A stretch of 48,751 nt of DNA, filler included, from Catajapyx aquilonaris (taxonomy: Eukaryota), in assembly GCA_000934665.2 (NCBI GenBank). It is 2 parts of 2 records of this genome, joined end to end, with 100 filler letters (N's around TTAATTAATTAA, not from the genome) between each part and the next. Parts side by side here need not be neighbours in the genome. Positions count along the whole stretch, not along the records: positions 1 to 24,341 come from KZ539368.1; 1 more part is not named here. One strand, 5' to 3'. Below, piece by piece: positions 11,604 through 24,341 of this stretch. A program made the translations under genes and the position numbers. Under the pieces are notes generated by a model. It was not told where the DNA came from. It ran no database searches and saw only the letters and a list, made by a program, of their open reading frames with translations. Positions within the stretch are counted from its first letter, which is position 1. Each line of letters opens with the position of its first letter.

Positions 11604-11886
11604 CTGTGGGCAACACGGTGGCGGAGTGGTTAGCACCGCAGCCTTCCACCTCCTGAGATCCAAGTTCAATCCCCGGGTCGGACAGAGGATACTTATGTGG
11701 ATAGAGTTTCGATGGGTTCTCTCTCCTTGTTCGCGTGGGTTTTCTCGGGGTTCTCCCATTTCCTCCAGCAATCAAAATCCATCACAGCGCAGGCAATTAT
11801 TTTAAAGTCGGATATTTAAAAGATGACCCCTAAGAGGCCCAAGGAGGCCCATCACAGGGTATCCATTATCATCATCATCATCATCA

Positions 11887-11941
<55 letters not shown>
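11604..11941 (+). mobile_element. tRNA-derived SINE, family 1, with (ATC)n(ATT)n tail
   Basis: A box TGGCGGAGTGG, B box GTTCAATCC; 16-bp TSD ATGCTC(C/T)GGTAAACTA at 11588-11603 and 11942-11957. Confidence 0.92.
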
Positions 11942-11943
<2 letters not shown>

Positions 11944-13211
11944 GCTCTGGTAAACTAAATGAAGCGGCTGCATTTTTTAAGAGGAAGGCCATAGCAGCCA
12001 AAACAGTTTTTGGACGGTTTTTCTCAAGTTGAAATTAAGAGATATATCTGTTGCATTAAAATTATTCAATGCCTACATCGTACCAGTGCTACTTTACGCA
12101 TGCCCCATCTGGGGACCTAGGCACCTATCTGAAATTTCGCAGGTTCAAACCTATTTCCTGAAGAAATTCCTTACGCTTCCTAGATCAACAGCAGCGTATT
12201 TTGTATATCTGGAAACAGATGTGATTCCCTTGACCTTGAATGTGCTTAGGGCAATTGCCAAATTCACTCTTAAAATAAGAAGACATTCTAGTAATGAACT
12301 GTTGAAATTAGCATTCGAGTATACTTGCCAGAATGGTATGACACTGAATAAATCATTGAATTGGACATCTAACTGTAGTAGAATTTTCCAACCTTATGCG
12401 ACTAAATTGAAGATCTACCAACAGTTCCAGCAACAGTGGAATGCGGCTTAAAGGAAGAGATACTTAGGCGGCTCCAGGCGACCAAACAGTATCTGCTTTA
12501 TAAAGAAGCCAAAGACACATTTCAGATAGAAAGTTACTTCAATATGGATTTACTACTATCCCACATTAGGATTTTTATTTATTTATTTATTTATTCGTTT
12601 ATTTCTTTATTTCTTTATTTTACCCCGTGCTGGGCCGTCAAGGCCCTTTAGGGGGACCTCCTCCCCATACAAGAATGTTCCCAAAGTGCAGCAATCCAGT
12701 CCATTACATAACATTAAGACCAAAAAATAATAATAAATTAATTAATTTAAAAATTTAAAAACAAAAAAATAAAATTTTAATTATTAGTCAGGTGACAGGC
12801 AAAACAGAGAAAAAGGAGCGCCCATATAACAGCAAAAACAGAGAAACGAAAATGAAGCACAAAAACCAGCACAAACCATTTACATATACTCTGCTTATTT
12901 CATTTCACGAAGGTCTATGATGACTGAGAGTTCCGACAAAGAATCAATAAAGCAGGAGGGCTGACTCTTTCGTTAAAGCTGAAAAGAGCTCGGTAGACAC
13001 CCAGCCAGAAATTTGCTTCTGAGGCCACGGGTCTGGGTACACTCCTTTAGCAGATGATGGATTGTGAAAGGTTCTCCCCAAATTGCACAGAAAGCATGGT
13101 TCTGTCTGTGATTACTGTATAATCGTGCCTTTGACCCAGAGTGAAGGTGAATTGTTTCTTAAATGACAGGATTATTCTTGAGACTGCTAATGGTAACTTC
13201 CATTCCAAATA

Positions 13212-13777
13212 CCGTATTACCTCTCATATTGCGGCATGCCGGTGTAGGTGAGGTCGACCAGTTTTTAGAAATGCACGATCTGGTGGCTATGGCGAGGTAT
13301 GCCGGTATAAGGTGAGGGTTTCACATAAGTTACATTATCCTTTCTGAACTTGACATTTGTCTGAAAATCGAAATTCACGTAAAGGACATCGAAAAGGCCC
13401 ATTTTCCAAATAGGGTACCGTACCATATATTGTTTTCAATTGCAGTGTTTGACAATAATCTCTATTTAAACAGTATGTTAGAGCAGGGGGTTCCCATGTC
13501 AAAGCAGGCTGATGATGGGATTGGTCACACACACTATATTTTTTTAAATGGACTGTGCAACAGAACTGACATATTCTCACAGCCTGTACACTCGCCCATT
13601 TTCATATTGTAACATTATTTTAGTATGGTACCAGAAGCATTCAAAGAAATTTGGCAAGGATCAAAATTACAGAAATCTCCCTCGGTTATTGCGGCATGCC
13701 GGCCACCCCCGGGTTATACCGGCATGCTGGTCGACCTCGTTTTATACCGGCGTGCCGCAATATGAGAGGTAATACGG
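13212..13777. mobile_element. Tc1/mariner (pogo/Tigger-like) MITE
   Basis: TA|CCGTATTACCTCTCATATTGCGGCA ... TGCCGCAATATGAGAGGTAATACGG|TA. Confidence 0.9.
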
Positions 13778-13838
13778 TAGTTATCTGACTCCTCATTATA
13801 GTTAATTTCGTCGTAAAATTTGTATGCCTCCGAATTCA

Positions 13839-14077
13839 GGGCGACACGGTGGCGGAGTGGTTAGCGCCACAGCCTTCCACCTCTAAGGTCCCTAGTTCGA
13901 TCCCCAGGTAGAACGGAGGATACTTATGTGGATAGAGTTTCGATGGGTTCTCTCCGTGTTCGCGTGGATTTTCTCTGGGTTCTCCCGTTTCCTCACACAA
14001 TCAAAATCTAATGATTAAAGACGGTTGATTAAAATATGATCCCCTAAAAAGCCCAAGGAGGCCTATCACAGGGTATC

Positions 14078-14125
<48 letters not shown>
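13839..14125 (+). mobile_element. tRNA-derived SINE, family 1, second copy
   Basis: Collinear with 11604-11941; A/B boxes; (ATT)n tail; only a short TATGCC flanking match. Confidence 0.9.
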
Positions 14126-14129
<4 letters not shown>

Positions 14130-14609
14130 GCCGCATTTGCTTGAAGTTTGACTATGTCAATTTTGAAACACTAGTTCAGTTGTTGATTGCGCTGGCGTAT
14201 GCTTTATGACATTAGGTTAATAATAAATTTAAGAAACAATTCATTGACTTTAAAACTTAATAATCAATTATTGATCAAGCCTAACCCAGACGATAATTGC
14301 GATTGGTGCAATGGGAGAACGAGCCGATCAATCTTCCACATAATTTATGAATGCCACCTTTTTACGACACCCAGGCTGAAATTTCTTTACAGTATATCAC
14401 AGCTTCCTCCAGACCAAATTCTGAAATTGTTTGTAATCATTCAGAAAGTGGACTAGCTTTACCCTTTTTTTTTTAGTGTTGCAAAAATACTGCAGTTTTG
14501 TGAATATTAGGATAATGCAATTCAATATGCAGAGACAAGGGTCACTTGAGTCACGTTATTATTCCTGTTTTCCTCTCTTTTTTCCCCTCTGAAATGTGAC
14601 GTGATACTT

Positions 14610-14700
14610 CATCATCATCATCTTCACGGCGTTTCCCAAACAGATATGGGGTTGCCAGCGGATATTGAGGATGAGGTCCTTAATATCCTCGTATGACCAC
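14610..14700 (-). repeat. 3' end of a retroposon with (GAT)n tail; relative at 39663-39760
   Basis: (CAT)n followed by TTCACGGCGTTTCCCAAA...GGGGTTGCCAGCGGATATTGAGGA, shared with the integrin intron copy. Confidence 0.55.
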
Positions 14701-14742
14701 ATACATATACAAAAAAAAAAAAAAAACTGAAGCCTCGCAGAC

Positions 14743-14946
14743 AGCAGTAATTTTTTTGTAGCTTGTTGTGCCCCTAACCATGTGCTCCATTCTATAGCAC
14801 CTGCTATATTCGACCCCCAGTGGGTCGAATGTAGCAGTAGTTCTAGAATGGGGCACATGGTTAGCGGCCCAACAAGCTACAAAAAAATTACTGCTATCGG
14901 ACGATATGAGTTATCAAAAAGTGACCTACGAACCTGGAACACCCTG
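14743..14946. mobile_element. Tc1/mariner palindromic MITE, left end missing
   Basis: Internal palindrome AGCAGTAATTTTTTTGTAGCTTGTTG ... CAACAAGCTACAAAAAAATTACTGCT; right end GGAACACCCTG|TA. Confidence 0.75.
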
Positions 14947-16345
14947 TATAAGTCAGTTTCAGTTTCTGTTGTGAAGCTTCAGAATTAACAAAGACTTTGA
15001 GAATTACTTTTTAATTCACCCTCGTACATTCATTACTGTTCCTTCCTGTCTGTGACAAGGGAATATGCAGAGTGTCAATGATTCGCATAAATAATTTATA
15101 TCACATATTTATGCAGTACGATTTAATTACAGCATCGTTTGTGATACCCGCATGATGCGAGAACCTACAGGGTGTGTCATAAGATTTGGTGAAAGTCTGA
15201 AATTACGACTCTTTCGAGGGGTAAATCACTCAGTAGTTGAGTGTACAACAGCCTAGTAAAGAGCCGGACTTAGGCGGACTTTGTCGTATTTGGTGCCTTA
15301 CCATACTCCAAACTTGGGGATTTACCCCTCTGACTCTTTACCCGTTAAAAGTCAAAGATAAAAAGTGATATTTTATCGAATAGCCTAAAGTCAGATTTTA
15401 GTCGTGTTTAAAGCCAATTTGCAGACTTTCATGGTACTTTTTATGGTGAAACGTACTGCGTAATTTTAAGCCGCCCTGTCGTGACGTCTAGGCTGGAACT
15501 GCGATGCATGTTGCAAGTGAAATGAATCGGATACTACACATGTGCCATCCAGATCACACCCTAGGATTCCATGCAGTTGGCCTCACCTCATTGCCACCCT
15601 GGGCCTGCTCCATGACTCGCCTCCTCTTCATGCTTCTCGTCTCCATATCCCACACTCTAGTGCTGCTCAGGCTCAACACGCTAAAGCCTCAACACCACTC
15701 TCCGTGCACTGAGAATCAGTCCGTTATTAGAACATATCAGTTCAGTCTGCGGCGGTCTGCGGTGCCGTGCTCAGATGAGTGATGCGTGTGAGGGTAGAGG
15801 CGACACCAGACGGACCGACAATCGACTACCCAGTTTCAGAGGGTGTGTCCGAATGCGCCTCTCCTCTTACGAAATGACGTCACTGGTGGATGTTGTGCAT
15901 ACAGGTCATGATCCAGCATGTGATCCAGGTATCCCGCGCTACGTAAAAAATTTGTATTTTATACAGTGTAAAATATGGGGAAGAGGGAGTTAGGCTGCTC
16001 TAGAAATACACATCATCAGACCATGTATCAGACCGCGTCAGACTGACATAATTTATAGCTGATATCTGAGAGGCAACCGGACCTTGTGAGTTTGGCAACG
16101 GCGCGGCGGGGGAAGGGGAGGGGGAGGGAGGGAGAGAGAGAGAGAGAGAGTAGAGTTCACATATTGACAAAAATAAGTATAATGTCCATCACTGGGTATA
16201 GCTCAGTGTGCGACGCATCCACTGTCCGGTTGAAGAATGGTAAAATTTTGACCAAAATCGGCGACGTAGTCTAGTGTTAAAATTTCGATCAATTGTGTTG
16301 TGATAGCTTTTACGGCATTTACTGTACAAAATGTGATCTTTTGGC

Positions 16346-16794
16346 CAGTGTTGCCAACCTGCACGATAATTTTGGGGGCATACGGTAATTTACTCATTTG
16401 TACGGTGTACGGTAATGACATGTAGGTTGTACGGTAAAATCGCTTTTATGTGCTGAAAATAAAATAAAAATAAAATAATTAAATCATATCTGACGTGCTT
16501 TACAGTATAGGAGGATTCCACTGCACTCTGTCAGTTACATTCACCTAAGCTTGTGCGACCTTGAACCCAAAAACTTTCCCTTTGCTCATTTTACCTTTTG
16601 CAGCGGGTTGCACTTGCATTTTGTGCGGTTCTGAAAATTCCTTATACATATTCACGTGTATCTAATATTTTCCCCTAATATGTTCCATTCACAAAATGCC
16701 ATGTTTTAAAATGCACGGTAATTTTATGTGAAATATGGTAATTTTGACTTTAGCGGTACGGGAGTAGTTGCTAAGGGTCAGGTTGGCAATGCTG
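16346..16794. mobile_element. hAT MITE (449 bp)
   Basis: TIR CAGTGTTGCCAACCTG / CAGGTTGGCAATGCTG; perfect 8-bp TSD CTTTTGGC (16338-16345, 16795-16802). Confidence 0.9.
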
Positions 16795-16911
16795 CTTTTG
16801 GCTCTCCTGTAAAATTAACCTTTTGTAACATACAATACTTCTACTGGTGGAGTGCGATTAGCTCGCTGGGCTCGCTGAATCCTGTGTAAGAGGGTAGTCA
16901 GCCACAAAGGT

Positions 16912-16949
<38 letters not shown>
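16912..16949 (+). repeat. (GGCT)n microsatellite
   Basis: Direct inspection. Confidence 0.9.
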
Positions 16950-19011
16950 TGTGCACAGTACTGTACAGTACTGTACCGGCCCTTACAAATCCTAATTTTC
17001 CAGTCGCATCATGATTGATGCAAAACTAGGCAAAACCAATTTGATTGGGTGGTATGGGAGTGAAAAAAAAAGAGGAAATCAGCAGCAGCAACGACATAAT
17101 TATGCACATAGAACATGCAAGTAAAATACGCCTGCTAGGATTGAGTAACTGTGTAATGATAAGAGTTGTTGGAGTTGATGCAAAGGTGGGCAAGTTTTGT
17201 TCTGCCTGTTCCATGAGTTGTGAAATCCAGGCTTGCAAGTTATGAATTTGCAAATTCACAACTCATAGCAAAATGGTCAAGTTGCCCACAGCCATAAAAC
17301 AGACCCAAAATTATTTATTTCGCATAAGCAAATCCAAAAAACACTTGTCATTATTATTTTGTACACTCAGATTATTATTAGCTCTGGTTCTGTCTCATAC
17401 TGGGCATGTCTGAGACGTCTTCATGTCTGCGTGGGCTGCTTGGCCGGAATCAACCCAATGAAATAAAAGCCTCAATATTTTTTTCAGAGGAAGTGCAGAT
17501 TTATTATCATTCATATGTGGCTGACAGACGTGAACATAACTTTGTATTGGCAGTGATAACACAACTACACTCTGCATGTATAGAAAAATATTTATCACTC
17601 ATGGCTGTAGTGTATAAATCTTATGGCACACATTGGAAAACACAAAATTCACATAAAACCAGCATAAAACACCACTTTGATTTCTTTCATTTGATTTTTT
17701 TTTTTTTTTTGCATAGGGAGAATAAATGTAATGGGTCATTTTCAACAAGAATGGAGTAGGCCTACTAGGGCAGCAGTCTTCAACCAGTGTTCCAAGAACC
17801 CCATGGTTCTACAGGTGGGTCCGAAGGGTTCTCTGCACTTATCTGCAGCAGTGTCTGATTTATTATTCTGGAAAATATTCCAACATGCATAAGGCCAGAT
17901 TCCTTTCCATATATAAAACCAGGTTTAATGATACACCTGAACCTGTCAAAAATTGTGCCAGATGTCAAATCACATGCTAGCAAACTTCAAATTCAAGCAT
18001 TGCATTGCATCCACTTTAAGGAATCAAGTTACATAGGGTGTGCCCCAATTGAAATAACTGCAGTGGTTAGTGATTTTTTTGGCAGAAGGGTGGTTCCATT
18101 TCAGATAAACCAGTGAGTGTCAAAAGTTGTCAAGTCATAGTCATCGATTTTTGTGGAAAAAATATATGTGAAACCCACATCCAATTTAACTTTTATGGAG
18201 CAATCAGTTTTACGAGATTAAATTTAGTTATCGAGATATTAATATTTCTTTTAAGGGGTACCAATATCACAATCACGGAAGATGCACTTTTTCCATTCCT
18301 TTCAATGAGTATATTTCCGGAACCGTTCCGAAAACCGATATGGAATTTTAAATTGATGGTTTTGGAATAATGCACTGTTATGTAATGCGTACATTTATCT
18401 TATATTTTGGTCAAAATTCGCATATTTCACAATATAATACACCGTTATGGTAAACGTGACGATTGTGCTGATTATATTTTTTTGTGATATACTTGGTGTT
18501 CCCCTAAAGGTTATTAAATAAAACCTTCATTAGCTCTGTGTGTAGTTGAGATATGCAATATGAAAATATGGCAATAAGCGAAAACATGAATATTTCAAAA
18601 ATTATTCTCTCAAAAAGGCCATTTTTAATTTTTAATTTTACACGGACAGACATGTTATAAAATTAAGTAGTGTCAAAACCCGGGCTAAATTTTTTATAAG
18701 TGAGATACGAATTGTTGTATGGTGACAACTTTCATCATTGTCCTACAATATGCACACTTCAAATAAATATTTACTGGAAGAAGCAATTTAAAATATTTAT
18801 TCATTATTTTTTGTATAAGAAAGTAGCATGAGCTATAATATAAAATTATATCAAAATTCGGTATATATTTGTATTCAGTGAGATACGAATTGATTTCATA
18901 GCGGTGAGTTTTGTTTCTATGCAACAACATGCACATTTCACAAATTAATATATTGAAAACATCATTTTTAATTAGCAATATTTTCTATATTTCATAAATA
19001 AAGGACCAGTA

Positions 19012-19423
19012 CTGTGATAGAATAATATGAAAACTGGCTCTAGATTCTTGATAAATGAGATACAAATTTACGAAAAGTGGTATATTTTGCTTTCATTTAA
19101 TATAATTTCCTGCATTCCATAGCTTTTGGGCTGTAGGGCCATCCCTGGCCGGGTCAGCCCTGAAAGTTCTTGAAAGCATTCCATGGCTCATGAAGACGGT
19201 TATGAAAGTGGGTCCATTTTACATATAATTCCCCAGAGCCCTCTGTTGACCATTATGGAAGGTTTCCACATTACTCGTTGACATTTATTTTATGTCGGTT
19301 ATGACTTTAGAAGTAACTGCAAGGATGTTGAAAGACACTCAATGGAAGCGAAAAATACCACTTTTCATTTGGTATCTCATTTATCAAGAATCTAGACCAG
19401 GTCTTCATATTATTTTATCACAG
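19012..19423. repeat. Imperfect inverted repeat (~85-bp arms), probable DNA-transposon relic
   Basis: CTGTGATAGAATAATATGAA...TCTAGATTCTTGATAAATGAGATAC versus GTATCTCATTTATCAAGAATCTAGA...TTCATATTATTTTATCACAG. Confidence 0.7.
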
Positions 19424-19553
19424 AACAGCTCGTGTGTGTATCAGCTGAAATATATCAGATTCTCCTTTTGTCATGTTGGTATTCTTGAGTCACTCTTTTA
19501 GACAGTCCCAACAACCAAATGAACACTCCTTCTGCACACACTACCACCCAGCC

Positions 19554-20321
19554 AAACTGAGGCGAAGTGGCACTGCGGTAACGCACGTGCCCACGGATGT
19601 TAAGGTCCCGTGTTCGATCCCAGCCCGGGGACACCCCCTTCATCTCGTGCAGAGTTTGGGCAATCTCTGGCTTCATCTCAGGTGGGACTCCTTAGACTAA
19701 CCACCTGGGTGAGTTCACAAAATGACCTCACTCACAACCAGGGATGGAAAAAGAACTGCGACCTTCCCATCAGAACCGCTTCTTCTGGCTTCCGCCACCT
19801 ACAACCGCTTCGCAAATGTGGAAGCGCTTAAATACCACTACCGTTTTCAGAACCTATTCGACAATATTCTGTTGCAACCTGTTCTCACTCAGTTGCAAAT
19901 CCAGGAACTTCTGCGAGAAGCGCTTCTGGGGTTCCCAAGAACATATACCAATTTCATGCTAAGAGTGTTGCATTTTCTGGGTTCTCGGCGTTGCAGGCAA
20001 AATCGACTGTTGTTTGTTAGAATTGCATTGTATGTAATGCTCCCGTCAGGAATGAGCCACAAATCCGAGCACCCCCAACTGAACTCATTTCGACCGATCT
20101 CGTGACTACGCTCCCTGCGATCGGTTAGTGTCATCGTTTGGCGGGCCAGCCCGTTAGGCACGACCAGTATACGGGTCCTGGCAGCTCCTGTCATCCAGCC
20201 CATGAGCCCAGGCGCTTCGTCAAAGGTTCCAGTTGTGTACAAGACTACAAGTTGTACAAGTTAATAAATAAAGGTCTGTGCAATACCCCAAGAGGGGTCC
20301 AAGCACTACCCAGATTATTAC

Positions 20322-20408
<87 letters not shown>
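19554..20408 (+). mobile_element. Long tRNA-headed SINE-like retroposon (~855 bp), family 2
   Basis: A box TGGCACTGCGG, B box GTTCGATCC at 19568-19620; (ATT)n tail at ~20314-20408; TSD ACT(A/C)CCACCCAGCC at 19540-19553 and 20409-20422 (13/14). Confidence 0.7.
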
Positions 20409-20409
<1 letters not shown>

Positions 20410-20449
20410 CTCCCACCCAGCCCCCAGTCACTCTCCCTCTATTCACGTG

Positions 20450-20551
20450 AGCTTAGCTGATCTCCCCCACTGAGGGGGTTTGCTACGGTCGACGCTAGAG
20501 TCAAGTGCCAACCATGGCAAACCCCCCTCGGTGGGGAAGATCAGCTATGCT
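20450..20551. repeat. Imperfect ~100-bp hairpin
   Basis: AGCTTAGCTGATCTCCCCCACTGAGGGGGTTTGC ... GCAAACCCCCCTCGGTGGGGAAGATCAGCTATGCT. Confidence 0.75.
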
Positions 20552-22303
20552 ATACCTGGCAAAGCCACCTAAAACGTGATGGCTGCACATTGGTCAATTT
20601 TGCACTAACTCTCAGCATAATTCACAATTTTCAGGCTACAGGAACACATATGCTCTTCTCCTGTGCTCTGAGCAGAGAAGCAGTGACACTCAGCTTTTAA
20701 ACCACCTTTAACCTTTTCATTCTGACATGCACAGTATACATGTGGCTCCTATGGTTGTTGATGTTCATATGCAAACGTACATAACCTCTCATTCTACCTT
20801 GCAATTGATCCTTTGTGATATTTGTTGTGACACTTGCCACTTTTTACAAATCCAGGCACGTGTCTGAGAGATTTCCTGCTCCTCTCAGACTGGCGAATGA
20901 ACCATTCAATACAATGATAGTAGCTAATTAATTTTGACAAATCCTAAAAATAACCATTTGAAAGTAACTGCTTAAAAGTAGCCAATTGCCAAAAATTGCT
21001 AACCACTGTGGACATTTTAACTTGAGAATACAGCATATATGACGATTCATTTTTTGTTTGCTTACTTTTAGGCCAATGTGTGTGAATGTAGAATGTAGAA
21101 TGTAGAAAAGAGCATACCAAATCCACAAATTTCTGCAGTTGTGATCCCACCCTCTTCATCCCACCAACCACTCTTCTATCAAAATCATGCTTATCTGCAT
21201 GCATGATTGGATAGTGGGATGGAGGGAGCTGGGCTGCCACTGCAATCTGGGAACAGATTCCCTACACACCCCATGCTACAATGTCATGGTTTTAAAACCT
21301 GGCACACAAATTTTTTTGAAGGAGTTCCAGAAAAGTGCTGTGAAGAAAAAATAGGGTTCCACAACAACAACATAGTTGAAGACTGCTGCACTAAGGCATT
21401 TTCATCAAGGGTGCCAAACATTTTGGAACGAAGTATTGCGTACCACGACCATCACCCACCCACTCCATTATCCACATAACCTTTTCCTCATCTTCTCTCT
21501 TTTTGCCTGCATTTCTTCCCCTTTTCTGTCTCGTTTGAACGACACACTCACATAGCCACCCATCTGTACACACCCACCCCCTTCAGAGGTATTTCAGACA
21601 CAACAAAAAAGGGATAGCATTGGCACCCTTGATTGTCACCTTGACAAGAGGAAGTCTGAATACCCATGAAACTGATCTGTATATTTTTGCAAAATTAATC
21701 TTGGTAGATAAAAATGGTGTCCTCATCTGTTCCATATGATTGCCTGGCATCATCTAAAGTTGCAAAGGACATTGTGCAGACTCCTGTAAAATGATGTCTA
21801 AATTACCATGTGGGTGTTGAATTAAAGAATGTCAGATACATACTGTTTCGAAAAGCTGGGTTCCTGTACAAGATGCGTTTACGACGAAGGTCGTATCCAC
21901 ACAGCAGTATGTAATGACCTGCAAAACATATACAAAGTTAAATTATTCCAAGGTAAAACTTAATGAACATGTATGAAAACTTCTTTGGTCCCAATCTGAT
22001 CACTTGGTTCTTAAAAGTAGTCAACTTTCAAATTCACTAATATGCCTACAAGACTTGGTAAAGTTGCAAAGTCCGAGCAAAGTCAGTTTCTTTCAAGTTG
22101 TGTGCTTAAAAGGATGTAGGCCTAGTTCATCTAGCAAGCCTTTATCAACATTGGTGCTAACTGGAATTTGTATGCTACTGTGTGTCAGTGTCGGGGGCCT
22201 GTTCCAGGAATGCTGCAATGTCAATGAGGGTCAATTTGAGCACCTACGAAGCTAAACATGTTCCAATCAGTACTGTATCCCTATTTTCGGTTCACCCCAT
22301 ATA

Positions 22304-22903
22304 CAGGGTGTTTCAGAGTCACGGGTCAAGCGCGCGCGAGGGGGTGGGGAAAAATTGTAGGTGGCGAAAACCCTGGTCGGTTTTAAAAAACAATTAGAAA
22401 TACGGCAGTAATCAATTTATTTATTACGGCCATACGGCGTGACGTTACATCCTACTTTCTGTTCGAATTGAGTGGCGCGGACTGACAGGTGCGCTTGCTT
22501 GAAGTCTTCGAACCTGCTTGAGCAGCTTTTTAGCCTTGCGAGTTGCACTGAAAAAGGCGCTCTCATGTTATACCGGTAGGGTACTGTACAAAGTAGTGTA
22601 CTACTGTACAGTGGTGTGTTCAGTACCCTGCCGGTGTAGCAGGAGAGCGCCTTTTTCAGTGAAACCCGCAAGGCTAAAAACCTGCTCAAGCAGGTTCAAG
22701 GACTTCAAGCAAGCGCACCTGTCAGCCCGCGCCACTCGATTCGAACAGAAAGTAGGATGTGACATCACGCCGTACGGCCGTAATAAATAAATTGATTACT
22801 GCCGTATTTCTAATTGTTTTATAAAACCGACCAGGGTTGTCGCCACCTACGATTTTTCCCCAGCCCCCCACGCGCGCTTGACCTGTGACTCTTAAACACC
22901 CTG
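22304..22903. mobile_element. Tc1/mariner-type full-length palindromic MITE (600 bp)
   Basis: TA|CAGGGTGTTT ... AAACACCCTG|TA; ~290-bp arms with few mismatches, explaining mirror ORFs 22417-22689(-) and 22518-22790(+). Confidence 0.92.
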
Positions 22904-23991
22904 TATTATGACCAGATCTTTCTCACAGCTGAGGGAAGGTTCCCCCTACATTATTAAAGTTTCATACTTTGCTTCTGCTAATTAATGCATAAAAAAGGTA
23001 AGCACTTTCAGTCAAAATTAATCAGCAGGAAAATAATTCATTCAGAGAATTAACCTTCATTCAGTGGGATACCTATCTTCTTAACCACCACACAGCAAAA
23101 CAATGGTTTGTTGCTTTAATCATCCAGTGCAAAAACTCAAGAGATTTCATGTGAGACATACAGTAAAATTGCTGACTCTTCAGATGAGCAGCAACATTTA
23201 AGACTGTATATCACCCCTAGGAGAAAGTCACTCGTTGACTCACTAGTGCTTAGCATGGGAAGGTCGGGAACTATTTGAAACCCTTCGAAAAGGGGATTGG
23301 TAATAGCCCGTGTTTAACATTGGCAATGCCACATATTGTTATCAGCTATAATCTGTTGGGATGGAAGGAACAATGAGTGACCCTCCCCTCCTCTCCCCAG
23401 TACATTTCACACCTGTCATGCTGTCAATACTAGTTTTAAAATCTTGTGACTCATAATAGCCTACAGGGCTGGATTTTCCACGATTGGTCCGGGTTACTTT
23501 TCATTATTATTGGTACAATTTCCCATGTTTTTTTTTTCAGAAGTCATTATAAAATAAAACGTCAGGTGGATAGATTCAATATAGCCTATACTTGCCCAAC
23601 ATCAGTGTAGTTCGTCCACCCCACAAAAAATGGAGCGGCTGTGTGTTAAACAAAATGCGATAAAAAAACTCCATTAGATTATCCGGAATTTAGAATGCCT
23701 ATTTGAGGCGCCTTCTTCCAAAACCCGATAAATCCAAGATAAATGGTTCCGAGATAATTGAGAAAAAGCTGTGGTGCCGAAGCTAATTAATATTACTAGA
23801 CCGGCCCAAGTCCATCTGCTACATATGTGGATGCTGCATATGATGAGCTTTTACAAGAAAATGATCAACATCGTCAAGTCGTAGTTTCAGGAATAGTCGT
23901 TGTGGATATATCGATTTTTGCTGCAAAGAGAGTGGATTTGGCGGTTTTTGCAACATTGAGGATGAGGCACAAAATATATGGGCGAGTGGCC

Positions 23992-24341
23992 TTCCGTTCG
24001 ATTTGCCTGAAAATCGGATATGTTGTAGCCCAGACCATCCTGATCAATGTTAGATAGGGACATTTCGAGGTAGGCCCTACAGGGAGCGTGCTATTGACCT
24101 CCAAAGGTCATATGGGATATGATCAAGTTTTCCGTTCGATTTGGCTGAAAATGGGATATGTTGCAGCCCAGACCATCCTGATCAATGTTGGATAGGGACA
24201 TTTCGAGGTAGGCCCTACAGGGAGCGTGCTATTGACCTCCAAAGGTCATATGGGATATGATCAAGTTTTCCGTTCGATTTGGCTGAAAATGGGATATGTT
24301 GCAGCCCAGACCATCCTGATCAATGTTGGATAGGGACATTT
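23992..24341 (+). repeat. 138-bp tandem repeat (about 2.5 units) running into the gap
   Basis: Unit starts TTCCGTTCGATTTG at 23992, 24130 and 24268; units almost identical. Confidence 0.92.

Larger units (their letters stand above)
12571..14208 (-). mobile_element. 5'-truncated second LINE (3' end) inserted antisense into the first LINE
   Basis: (TAAA)n-type tail at 12571-12620 on the minus strand; TSD ACATTAGG (12563-12570, 14209-14216); minus-strand relics YLEWKLPLAVSRIILSF and EPCFLCNL...HHLLKEC (CCHC-like). Confidence 0.7.
9900..14540 (+). pseudogene. Decayed non-LTR retrotransposon (LINE, RTE-X-like) reverse transcriptase, interrupted by three direct insertions
   Basis: Successive motifs IYKSGD..PENHHPI, WQAAFR, VIDLTKAFDS, GLPQGEPLSPFLFNLY, LAYTDD, YTYLGV, LFNAYIVPVLLYACPIWG and a C-terminal CDWC..H....C knuckle; stops and frameshifts. 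Clade and 5' boundary approximate. Confidence 0.85.

Noticed and set aside
11823..12032. Poly-Ile ORF (and poly-Leu/Ile/Tyr ORFs at 20138-20473)
   Set aside because: Translation of (ATT)n SINE tails.
13330..13680. Apparent CR1-like peptide on the minus strand
   Set aside because: Lies inside the Tc1-type MITE and the similarity is too weak.
20890..22260. Stretch with a decayed coding look on the minus strand
   Set aside because: Many stops and no motif I can assign; needs BLASTX.
22417..22790. Pair of near-identical 90-aa antisense ORFs
   Set aside because: Arms of the 600-bp palindromic MITE.
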